NCBI GenBank assembly: GCA_963798085.1
Contig: CAWCRS010000003.1
Span: 928,001 to 992,000, forward strand
Length of the DNA stretch: 64,000 nt
Source of the DNA: an uncultured Gemmatimonadales bacterium
GTDB taxonomy: Bacteria > Gemmatimonadota > Gemmatimonadetes > Longimicrobiales > RSA9
Direction: 5' to 3'
Part shown: positions 1 through 13,690 of the stretch, in pieces
How positions within the stretch are numbered: the first letter of the stretch is position 1
Layout: each line of letters starts with the position of its first letter
Position numbers and translations under genes: made by a program
The notes under the pieces: model-generated
Database searches by the model: none
Seen by the model: only the letters and a program-made list of their open reading frames with translations
Told to the model about the DNA's origin: nothing

Positions 1-197
1 CTGGCAACGCCGCGCGCAATGAGCTGCTCGCGCAGCCAGAGCGCGATCTCGCGGTCTTCGCTGGCGTAGCTGACGAAGAGGTGCGCCCAGAGCACATTGC
101 CCGGCGGCACTGCGGCAGTGGACGTGGCGGATGTCGGCGGCGCCGTGGCGGATGCCGGCGGCGCCGCGGTGGGAGGCGCGGCGGGGAGCGTGGACAT
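1..197 (-). CDS. TIR-domain protein, 5' part only (runs off left edge; absent from ORF track)
   Basis: Manual translation from ATG at 197: Pro/Ala-rich leader, then AHLFVSYASEDREIALWLREQLIARGVA, matching TIR box 1 (F[IV]SY..ED...A..L...L...G). Confidence 0.75.
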   Translation of the reverse strand, partial: MSTLPAAPPTAAPPASATAPPTSATSTAAVPPGNVLWAHLFVSYASEDREIALWLREQLIARGVA

Positions 198-226
198 GGC
201 CGGGGCGTCGGGTTCGAGTGCGGGAT

Positions 227-823
227 TCAGTCGTCGTCCTCCGCATCGTGCGGTGGGTGAAGCTCACCTGCGTCCTGTAGTGCTTCGCGATAATGGTCGA
301 GCAGAAGGGTCACACCATCCGCGAGGTACGTGGTCTCATCGAAGAAGCGCCCGAACGCCTGCCCCAGCGCCCACGCGCCCGTGCGCGTCCAGATCACGTC
401 ATCCCAGCGCGGCAGCAGCCTGGCCGGATCGCGGACCAGCCATTCCGCATCGGGCGCCGCACTGTAATAGCTGGCCTCGCCCAGCAGCTCCTCCGTGCCG
501 AAGGTGTAGACGGGCGAGGTGCGGCGCCGGTAATAGCGCTCGCGCTGGTCGAGCAGCTCGAGCTCCTCGGCGGTGACGGGAAAGGCGAGCCCATTGAAGG
601 CGAAGCCCTCCGCCCGCTCGACATTCAGCGCGCCCACCTCAATGGGCCGCTGGCTCATGCGGAAGCTGGGCTGGTAGTGCGTCGGGCGGAGGTTGCAGAG
701 GCGACGGTACCCGGGCACGACGACCGGGATCATGTCCTTGTCCGCGGCGGCGCGGTCCCCGACCGTTTTCGCCATGGACTTGCGGTAGAGGAGGGTGCCG
801 TAGGCTACGAGCAGCGTTTCCAT
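227..823 (-). CDS. Gamma-glutamylcyclotransferase-like (GGCT/ChaC-like) protein
   Basis: N-terminal LVAYGTLL motif and later ELLDQRERYY motif typical of the GGCT fold. Confidence 0.7.
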   Translation of the reverse strand: METLLVAYGTLLYRKSMAKTVGDRAAADKDMIPVVVPGYRRLCNLRPTHYQPSFRMSQRPIEVGALNVERAEGFAFNGLAFPVTAEELELLDQRERYYRRRTSPVYTFGTEELLGEASYYSAAPDAEWLVRDPARLLPRWDDVIWTRTGAWALGQAFGRFFDETTYLADGVTLLLDHYREALQDAGELHPPHDAEDDD

Positions 824-1067
824 TTTTCCGATTTTGTGGTGGTCCCTGGTTGGTGCGGTGGCAATCGGGGGGGTGGGCGGTGTGGGCGCAAGGCGGGGTG
901 GGGCTCGGGCTGGGGCTGGGAGGAGGAGTGCGGAGTTGTTGAGGCGGGGTTTGCGAGGAGGCGCGTGGTTTGGCGTTGCGGTGGGTGCGTGGTTGGGTTG
1001 ACGTTCGCACGGCCGCGTGTGGATCTGCTGAGTAATGCGTCCTTGAGTCCATTCCGCTCGCGGGGCG

Positions 1068-1097
1068 TTGACCGGGGGCGGGGGCGGGGGTTAGGGT
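1068..1097 (+). promoter_or_regulatory. Possible sigma70 promoter of tRNA-Asn
   Basis: TTGACC (1068-1073), 18-bp spacer, TAGGGT, about 10 bp before the tRNA. Confidence 0.35.
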
Positions 1098-1106
1098 TGT
1101 TGTTCT

Positions 1107-1178
1107 TCCCGCGTAGCTCAGTGGTAGAGCAGCCGGCTGTTAACCGGCGGGTCGTAGGTTCGAGTCCTACCGCGGGAG
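1107..1178 (+). tRNA. tRNA-Asn (GTT), CCA not encoded
   Basis: Acceptor stem TCCCGCG/CGCGGGA, D-arm TAGCTCAGTGGTAGAGC, anticodon GTT at 1139-1141, T-loop GGTTCGAGTCC. Confidence 0.97.
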
Positions 1179-1358
1179 TTGAGGATGTTGGCTATCAGGC
1201 AAGCAGGCTCACGGAGAAAGACCGGTGGGCCTGTTTTGCATCCGGGCACTTCGGATCGGCCGATCGAGGCATGTGCCTGGCCGCGGTACAGCCCGACCAT
1301 TCGACGTGCATATGCGCCCCTGCGCTTGAGACCGGCTGGTGCCATATATGTTTGACAC

Positions 1359-1599
1359 ATGTCTGTTACTGTGAGGACGACCGTGTATCTGGATGCGACC
1401 GACTACCGGCGGCTGAAGGGGATGGCGCGGGCGCGAGGGCCGGACTGCGGCGGAGCTGGTGCGCGAGGCGGTGGCGGAGTACGCGCGCCGGCACGTGGCG
1501 GCAGACCTGCCGCAGAGTCTGGGCGCGGGTCGGAGCGGCCGCGGCAATGTGGCGGAGCGAGCGGAGACGCTGCTGTCCGGTCTGGGAACGGACGCGTGA
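1359..1599 (+). CDS. RHH/CopG-type antitoxin (VapB-like), frameshift near 1440
   Basis: RTTVYLDATDYRRLK, then in the shifted frame AAELVREAVAEYA...GLGTDA*. Its TGA overlaps the PIN gene GTG (GTGA 1596-1599). Confidence 0.75.
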
Positions 1600-2009
1600 T
1601 CGTTGCGGACACGGGAGCGATCATCGCGCTGATCAATGCGGACGACCGCCGCCACGAGGAGATGCGGCGCGCCTTCGAGGCGGAGCCGCGCGCATGGGTG
1701 CTGCCCTGGGCGATTCTCCCCGAGGTGGACTATCTGCTGCTGCACCACGTCGGCGAGCGCGCCGAAAGGGAGTTCGTGCGCAATGTGGCGGAGGGCCGCT
1801 GGCCGGTGGAGTGGGGCGACGAAACCAATGTGGCGCGCGCAGCGGAGCTGTGCGAGCAGCATCCTGACCTGCGGTCAGGCATGGTCAATGGCGTGGTGAT
1901 GAGCGTGGCGGAGCGGCTGCGGGCGCGGGCGATTGCCACGCTCGATGAGCGGCATTTCGGGGTGGTGCGGCTGAAGCGGAAGGTGGCGCTCTGGCCGAGA
2001 GATCTGTGA
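1596..2009 (+). CDS. vapC: PIN-domain toxin (VapC-like)
   Basis: IVADTGAIIAL, LPEVDYLL and IATLDERHF PIN motifs. The ORF-track fusion with the antitoxin is a frameshift artefact. Confidence 0.85.
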   Translation: MIVADTGAIIALINADDRRHEEMRRAFEAEPRAWVLPWAILPEVDYLLLHHVGERAEREFVRNVAEGRWPVEWGDETNVARAAELCEQHPDLRSGMVNGVVMSVAERLRARAIATLDERHFGVVRLKRKVALWPRDL

Positions 2010-2146
2010 GCGGGTGGCGCGCCGATCAGGAGCGGGATTCGCAGTACTTCCGGATGCGATTGACCCGCCAGGACGAGCGCAGCAGGCCTTCCTGAATCCG
2101 CGTCAGAAGCTCCTCCGAAACCCCTCTCGCAAGCACGCTTCCCCGT

Positions 2147-2537
2147 TCAGCACTGCCGCCTCCAGATCGCTGAAGCGAACAACCATGCCGTTGCTGAAGT
2201 GCACCACGGTCTCGTGCCGAATGAACGGGTGGCTGCCCGGTGAGAGGACGACGCCAGGTCGCCGGGCGTGGCGGTCACGACCTCGGTGATACTGTCGAAG
2301 GGCGATCCCGCCTTCTCGTGCGCCTTGCGGACGTGCTCCGCGCTGGGCGCCATGCTGAAGCAGTATGCGCGGCCGTCCTCGAATCCGACATGGGCGCGCA
2401 GCACCACGTTGCCTTCCTCGCGGCTGTGCTTCTCGACAGGCGGCGAAGAACGTCGCGAACTCCTCTTTCGAGATCCCGGCCGGGAACCTGTTCGAGCGGT
2501 GGTCGTGGGTGTCAATGAAAAACTTCATCGGTCGCAT
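2147..2537 (-). CDS. DUF4242-like small protein, frameshifted
   Basis: MRPMKFFIDTHD, then in a second frame GRAYCFSMAPSAEHVRKAHEKAGSPFDSITEV. GGAGG RBS upstream. 3' end uncertain. Confidence 0.6.
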
Positions 2538-2929
2538 CGTGATCCTCCGTAAAGGTGGTGCCTCCGGTTGTTGGGGGGCGATACGGGGAAGTGTAGCAGG
2601 GGCGACGGGGTGTCTGGAACCTGGGTCTCTGAAGGAGAGTCTCGAACGAGTCAGCCTAAATGATAGCACCGGGAGGCTGCCCGGCCGCCGTGTTTCCAGA
2701 GTGGCGTGAGGCAGTTCACAAGCAGCGCGAACGGTGGCGCCTTGTCCCGAATTGACATATTGTGACCGGCGACCCCGCACTCCAGCGCGGGGACGCGGCT
2801 GCGGGTCCGCACACATGATCGTGTACTTGCCTTGTCATCGGTTGACGACTGTCGCGCCAATTGATTCCAGTGCGCGCCACTAATGACTGAGCAGAAGAAC
2901 TCGGCGATGCGGCCATCGCGGGAAGGGAT

Positions 2930-4960
2930 ATGAAGCTCAAGCACGCCATCATCGAAGTGATGGATCGGGACCTTCTCAAGCAGGTCTGTGACCGTCTCGA
3001 GATCGAGGCCGTCGACAGACGCAGCCGCGGGGATCTGCGGCCGCAGTCTCGCGAAACCGTAGGGCGAAAGCGGAAGAGCTGCTCGACTACCTCAACGAGA
3101 AAAATGTCAAGGAGGTTTGCGAGCTGGTCGGCGTTTCATCGCATGGGCGCCGCGCTGTTTTGGTCGAGCGCCTGCTGGGCAGTGACAGGACAAGAATGGA
3201 ACCACGAACAATGAAGGAGATGAAGCTCCGACTCCAGCCAGAAGTAGCACCGGCTCGCGGAAGGCGAAGCCCGACGCTCCAGAAAGGCAGCAAATGGATT
3301 GGCTCTCTGACGAGGAGGAACACTCCGCGCCAGCGCGATCAGCTCGAGCATCTCGAAGCGCGCGCAGGACATCGCGGAAGGTCAGGCAGGGGAATGCGGA
3401 GAGCGCCGCTGTCATAGGGTATGAGGCGCAGCTGTGGCAGATGGCCGACGCTCTGCGCGGCAGCATGGATGCTGCGGAGTACAAACACGTTGTTCGGGGT
3501 GATCTTCCTCAAGTACATCTCGACGCGTTCGAGGAGCACCACGCGAAGCTGGATGCAGAGCGCTCGTCGGGTGCCGATCCCGAGGACCCGGACGAGTACC
3601 GCGCGCTCTCCATCTTCCGGGTCCCGCCCGAAGCACGCTGGCCGTACCTGCGCTCCAACGCCCGACAGCCCACAATCGGCCAGCTCGTGGACAACGCGAT
3701 GGCTGGCATCGAGCGGGACAACCCTGCCCTCAAGGGAGTGCTTCCGAAAGACTACGCGCGCCCGGCACTGGACAAGACACGGCTCGGGCCAGCTCATCGA
3801 CATGATCAGCAATATCAAGGTAGGCGACGAGGCCAGCCGCGCGCGCGATGTGCTCGGCCGCGTGAACGAGTACTTCCTCTCGCAGTTTGCCAGCGCGGAG
3901 GGCAAGAAGGGCGGCGAATTCTACACACCACGTTGCGTTGTGAAGCTTCTGGTAAAGATGGTCGAACCCTACCGCGGCCGCGTGTACGATCCGTGCTGCG
4001 GCTCCTCCGGCATGTTCGTCCAGTCCGTGGAGTTCATCCGCGCTCACTCGACTGCGAATGGCAATGGCGGTGCTGCACCAGGCAAGAAACCAGACATCTC
4101 GATCTACGGCCAGGAGTCGAACTACACCACGTGGCGCCTCGCCAAGATGAACCTTGCGATCCGCGGGATCGACGGGCAGATCGCACACGGCGACACCTTC
4201 CGTTCCGACAAGCATCCCGATCTGAAGGCGGACTTCATCCTCGCCAATCCACCGTTCAACGTGTCCGACTGGGTGGCGAACAGTTGCGCGACGACAAGCG
4301 CTGGAAGTTCGGCGTACCGCCGACAGGGAACGCAAACTTCGCCTGGGTGCAGCACATCGTGTCCACCTGGCGCCTGCCGGCGTTGCCGGTTTCGTGCTCG
4401 CGAACGGCTCAATGTCGTCCAATCAGTCGGGCGAGGGTGAGATCCGCGCGAATCTGATCGAGGCCGGCCTGATCGACTGCATGGTGGCGCTGCCGCCGCA
4501 GCTGTTCTATTCGACACAGATCCCGGCGTGCCTCTGGTTCATCGCCCGTGAGCGATCGAATGGCATGTTTCGGGATCGCCGCAGTCACAGCTTATTCATC
4601 GATGCCCGCAAGCTCGGCGAGATGGTGGACCGAACGCATCGCGAGCTGACCGATGAAGATATCGCACGCATAGCAGATATCTATCACGCCTGGCGGGGGG
4701 AAACGGGAGCAGGCAGGTACGTTAATGTCCCGGGCTTCTGCCACAGTGCCGGAATAGACGAGGTCCGTAAGCACAGCCACGTGCTGACGCCTGGTCGATA
4801 CGTAGGGGCTGAACAGTCCGCAGAGGACGTTGAGCCGTTTCATGAGAAGATGGTGCGGCTATGCGCAAGCCTTCGAGAACAACAAGACGACGCTAGGAAG
4901 CTGGAGGATGCCATTGCCGCGAACCTGACGGCTTTGGGTTATGTCGAATGTATGAGTTGA
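2930..4960 (+). CDS. hsdM: Type I RM methyltransferase HsdM with N-terminal helical extension; several frameshifts
   Basis: [39 protein letters not shown] (motif I), ILANPPFN (motif IV, amino-MTase) and LTPGRYVG spread over several frames. Confidence 0.92.
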
Positions 4961-6272
4961 CGGCACTCCGAGATGGAGGCTGGCTTTATCGCCCCGAGTT
5001 TCCGCCCGACTGGCAAAGGCGGCCATTGTATTCCTTGGCAAAGTGGGTGAACGGTTTAGCCTTCCGCGACATTCAATTTAGCACGGCTGGCATGCCGGTG
5101 ATCAAGATCGCCGAAATCAAGGGCGGGATTACGGATCAGACCAAGTTCACGCGACAGACGTTCGATGATTCAGTCCGTGTGCGTCCGGGCGATCTACTGT
5201 TCTCCTTGTCGGTCAGCCGGAGACATTGATAGATGCGTTCTGGTGGCGTGGTCCAGAAGGATGGCTGAACCAACACGTGTTTAGGGTGACATCGAGCAGC
5301 AATGTCGATACAGCGTTCTTATACTATCTCCTGCGATATCTAAGGCCACACTTCGTGGGAATCGCCCGCAACAAACAGACGACTGGCTTGGGGCATGTTA
5401 CGAAGCGAGATCTGGAAAACATTCAGGCAGCCTATCCTACGATGGCCGAGCAACGCGCTATTGCACACATCCTCGGCACGCTGGACGACAAGATTGAGTT
5501 GAACCGCCAGATGAGCGAAACGCTCGAGGCAATGGCGAGAGCGCTATTCAAGTCCTGACTCGTGGACTTCGATCCGGTGCGTGCCCAAGCCGAAGGCCGC
5601 GACACAGGTTTGCCCAAGCATATCGCCGATCTCTTCCCCAACCGGCTTGTCGATTCCGAGCTCGGCGAGATCCCGGAGGGTTGGGAGTTGAAGAGCCTCG
5701 ATGCGATCGCACAGTTTCTGAATGGATTGGCGCTTCAGAATTATCCCGTTTCGGACGGCCGCTCAATCCCTGTTGTCAAGATCGCCCAATTGCGCAGAAA
5801 TAGCACCCATGGCGCGGATCAGGCTAGCGCGGATCTCGAGCGGAGCTACGTCGTCGATGATGGCGACATCCTGTTCTCGTGGTCGGGCTCACTTGAGTGC
5901 GTGCTTTGGACCGGTGGTCGTGGGGCTCTGAACCAGCACATCTTCAAAGTTACGTCGTCATCTTATCCACAGTGGTTTCTTTTGTTCGCGGTTCACTGCA
6001 CATCTCAAAGAGTTCCGGCGAATCGCGGCAGGCAAAGCAACCACAATCGGCACATCCAGCGGCACCACCTGTCCGAAGCGTTAGTCGCCGTCCCACCGCT
6101 CACACTTCTCAGTGGGTTAGACCGAATGATTTCGCCATTCGTCGAGCGATCATGGAAGCTAAGAGTCGAATCCCGAACGCTTGCCGAAATACGCGACACA
6201 CTACTTCCTAAACTTGTTTCCGGCGAGCTGCGCGTGAAAGACGTGCATCGCTTCGCCGCAAAGGCAATGTGA
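4948..6272 (+). CDS. hsdS: Type I RM specificity subunit HsdS; frameshifts and in-frame TGA at 5556-5558
   Basis: Two TRDs, conserved [19 protein letters not shown] helix, [10 protein letters not shown] linker and C-terminal [15 protein letters not shown]. Confidence 0.92.
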
Positions 6273-7237
6273 TGAGCAACGTTTGGTGCGTCCGAGCCGA
6301 GTGGGGAACCTACACCCGCCAATTCGTCGAGGGTGGGTACGTGGCGATCGGCTGGATAAACGGCGTGGATCTGACCGCGATCCGCACGCGAGAAGAGCTA
6401 TACCCGTTGTACAAGCAGGCGCACCCGGAAGACACGAGCAACATCGTGATCGGCCAGCAGGTCGGACAGATCGCTCGCTTCCTGCTCGAGATACGCGCGG
6501 GTGACTACGTGATCACCCCTGCGGCCGACACCGAGCACCTGCACCACGGGCAGGTTTCTCCCGATCCGTCGTACTTCTATGCCCCCGGCGACGCCGCATG
6601 TCCCTATCCGCACCGCCGGCGCGTTTATTGGTCAAAGAACACGCTGAAGCGTGGCGACTTCTCCGTTCCTTTCCAGAACACCATCCGCTCGTCGCTCACG
6701 GTCTTCGCCGTTTCGCAGCGCGACGAATTCCTCGCAGCGATCGGCCGGACCAATGTCACTCCACAACACCCGGCGCCGGAATATGACCCGTATCGTGTCG
6801 TCTCGAGCAGATCCTCGAACTTGATGACAAGGAGTTCGAGATCCTCGTCGCTCACCTGCTGACGGCGGTCGGTTTTGAAGGTTCCGAGGTGACCGGGAAG
6901 ACGGGGACGGGGGCGTCGACGCCATCGGCGAGCTGAACGTTTCGAATCTCGCCAAGGTCAAGGTCTACGTGCAAGCCAAGCGGTACAAGCTCTCCTCCAG
7001 AGTGACCGCGGGCACGGTACGACAGCTACGCCAGGCCATCCCGTTCGGCGGCCAGGGCGCATTCATCACGACCGCGGGCTTTCAGTCAGCCGCTGCCGAC
7101 ATTGCGCTGGAGGCCGGCTTCCCGCGCATCGGGTTGGTAAACGGCAGACAGCTCGTTGACCTGCTGGTTGAGCACTGGAGTGACATTCCGCCGGAGTTTC
7201 GCGAGCGGCTTGGGCTAAAGCCGGGGTTGGTGCGAGC

Positions 7238-7241
<4 letters not shown>
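6272..7241 (+). CDS. mrr: Mrr-family restriction endonuclease, frameshifted
   Basis: N-terminal WCVRA...GYVAIGW domain. C-terminal [35 protein letters not shown] (Mrr_cat PD-(D/Q)xK). Confidence 0.82.
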
Positions 7242-10844
<3,603 letters not shown>

Positions 10845-11203
10845 GCAAGCCCTTGCGCTAGAACAATTTACACGGTATGGCGGTCCAACGCGCCAAGGGA
10901 TTCGTGGCCGAGCGCCCAACTTCCGGGTTACGGCAATATCGGGGCAACTTTCCGATGTCACAGGGTCCTGTTATCGTCCCCATCTGCGTGAACGTCCCAC
11001 CAGGACTTCGCAGCCTCGGGTACCGCGCCTGCGGACATCCCACAACCATCAAGGGACGAGAATGGTTAGTCACCGCCGCCAATCTGATCCGCGAGTGGGA
11101 GCGCGGATCTGCATTCTGGGTCTAATGTGTCGGTTCACACTGTCGAGATCATTTCTACCCACGATTTGTTCATCCAGTTACCAGGGCGCCGCGGCTCCGA
11201 TCG

Positions 11204-12973
11204 ATGAACATTTTCTCATTTTTCTTCCCGCAAGGACAGCCCGCAGCGGTCGTCCTGAATGCAATCATAACGGTAGTTGGCGTCATGGCACTAGTGCGCC
11301 TGTACCTCAAGGGCGTGCGGCCGCTTCACGGTGAAGCGAAGGCGTTGGCGGACGTTGAAACGTGTTTGAAAGGGGACGTCTCGGCAGACGTCATCATCGA
11401 AGCCGCCCAATCGGTACCGCCGGAGACACTTGTCGCTGTTCGCATTGATGAACTTGCCCGGTTACGCGAACTGGGCGAGTGAGATTTCACCCGACCTCCC
11501 TGCTGGAACTGGCTCTCGCGCGTTTGGATAGACGCACCGCGTTTGCACGCTGGGCCGCGAGCGCCATTGTCCTCATGGGATTGGGCGGGACGCTGCTGGG
11601 CCTTTCGATCTCCGTGACCGCGGCTACCAAAATTGTTCGGGACAGCAACACGCTGCCCTCGTTCGAGAGCGTCCTTACCCCATTCGCCGGACTTCAAACG
11701 GCCTTCTCAACGACATTGAATGGCATCCTCTTGGGCTTTGGCCCTCGGAGCGGGCATAGCATTCATTCGAAGCAGCCAAACGCGCTTCCTCGTCGAACTT
11801 GAACGATTCACGATGATTCGACTGGTACCGCGTTTTGTAGCGCGCCAACAGTGGCTCTCGTGAATGCGGTGCGGACCTTAGGGGCGATCGAAAGTAAGCT
11901 GGAACGAGCCTTTGACGCGATCACCACGGAAGTAAAAGACCGCGGCCTATCCCTGGTTCTGAGCATAGAGACTGCTTTCGACAATCTCACGACTAACTTC
12001 GATGAGCGGGCACGCGAACTGCTCGAGGAGTATGTCTCCACGAATGAAGCCGTGACTAAACTGATCGGGAATTCCGACGAGACGGCTACGCTCGCCGCCA
12101 CCATTGAGTCTATGGCGATGGCGACGGAAGCGACGCAACGTGCGGCTACTGTCACGTTGGAGTTTGGAACTGCATTCTTGTCAAGGACCGAGGACCAGCT
12201 CAACCGCGAACTCGAAGCCATCCACCAGACACTATCCCGGGAAGCACTCCGAATCAGCACTGCGGCAGAAGATCAACGAGAGATATTCCGGGATTTGACG
12301 GTCAAGTTCGCCGGTTTCCTCCCCGAACTGAAACAAGGCGTAGATAGTGCATTGGCGGACGAACATATGCGCTTTCAGCAGATTCTCGAAGCGTGAGGAG
12401 GCAAGGTGGTCATCATCTGCAGCGGCGCTATCGGATTCGCTGGCCGACCTTGTCAGAGGTACGACCGAGCTCCACACTACCGTCGACGGTCTCCGTGAGA
12501 AGGTGCAGGAGCGCGCGACGACGCTAGAACGCGTGCATGCGGGACTGGCCAACATTGAGTCAGCTGTACGCGAGACGACCGAGATGATATCTCGCACAAC
12601 CGAAGCGCTGCCTCAGAGATTTGCCAAATTGATGGATAGCCGCATTTCGGTTTCGCAAGCTTGGCCAACCCGTGGGCCAGACAAGCCTGGCGCGGAGGCT
12701 ACACTCAAATCCAGCAACCGCCCGAACGGGGAGACCGCGCCATCCACGGTGCCCGCTACAGCGGCTAGTGCCGACCACAGAGTGCCAAGTGAGTCCCAAC
12801 ACTTGAAGGTAGCCGGAATGGAACCACAGGGAAATGGGGCCGCAGAAGAACCCAGCCCAGATCGCGGACCACGCCCGACACCTCCGACGCGAAGCGCAAG
12901 CGGTCCGCAGGCAGCGGGAAACCGACCGCAGACATTGGTGCGCAACCTGTTCGCCAGATTGCTGGGACGCTGA
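11204..12973 (+). CDS. ZorA-like / MotA-ExbB-like membrane protein with long helical tail (~590 aa once ~4 frameshifts are joined)
   Basis: Three hydrophobic segments: AAVVLNAIITVVGVMALV, AIVLMGLGGTLLGLSISV and AFSTTLNGIL-WALALGAGIAF. The GxxGT and AFxTT signatures are MotA/ExbB/ZorA-like. These are followed by ~300 aa of helical tail and a Pro-rich end. Confidence 0.72.
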
Positions 12974-12982
12974 GCCAGGGTC

Positions 12983-13619
12983 ATGGCGTCGATCGATCTT
13001 CGTGTCGGCAAAGAAGGCGACGAAGTCAGCTTCTGGAGTGTCGTTGCGGATCTGTCCCTCACTACGGTCCTCATGCTGGTCCTGCTAGTGCTTGTCCAGT
13101 TCCTGGCCACCTTCCGCGAAAGCAGGATCAACCAAGAGCTCCAGTTGCGGCAACACGAGATGAAAGTTGCATTAAACGGTATCAGCACCGGTTCCATAGG
13201 GATCGACAGCATTGCACCAGACCGGCAACGTTTGACCTTCGCGAACCAGTTGCTGTTCGAGAGCTGTGATGTCACTCTGCATGGCCGAGGAAGGGAATTG
13301 CTACGGAAAGTGGGCTCGGTGATTCGCGATCGGCAAAACTACTTTGAGTCCATCCACGTTGAAGGACACGCGGACGCCAGATCCACTGGCGGTGCGGCTT
13401 GTCCGTACGCCTCGAATTGGGAGCTATCGTCCCAGCGTGCGACGGCGGTGGTGCGTATACTCGCCGATAGCGCCGCACTGGATCCGCGGATGCTGTCAGC
13501 AACCGGCCGCGCAGAGTTTCATCCGATTTGATGTTGTCGATCTTAACCGCAATCGACGCATTGAGATCATCCTGCTGTACGACCGTGCAGCAATAAGTGC
13601 CAATAGCGTTTCTCATTGA
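12983..13619 (+). CDS. ZorB-like / MotB-OmpA-family protein, frameshift near 13527
   Basis: Single TM with FWSVVAD(23)L (stator Asp), then OmpA-like motifs LLFES, VEGHAD, NWELSSQRA, SATGRAEFHP and NRRIEI (last one in the shifted frame). Confidence 0.85.
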
Positions 13620-13690
13620 AGAGAAGTCACGTACGGGGCAGTATCGCGGTGCAGAGAGCCGTGTCCAAATACCATACGCGGAGCTGAGGA

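Noticed and set aside
1359..2009. Antitoxin-PIN fusion protein
   Set aside because: One frameshift near 1440 explains it; the GTGA overlap at 1596-1599 shows a normal two-gene TA pair.
5556..5558. TGA recoded as Trp or Sec
   Set aside because: TGA is the normal stop for many genes in the window; a single case is better explained by mutation or error.
11204..13619. Flagellar motAB or tolQR/exbBD
   Set aside because: No flagellar, Tol or TonB genes nearby; long tail on the A subunit; OmpA-type rather than ExbD-type B subunit; defence context.
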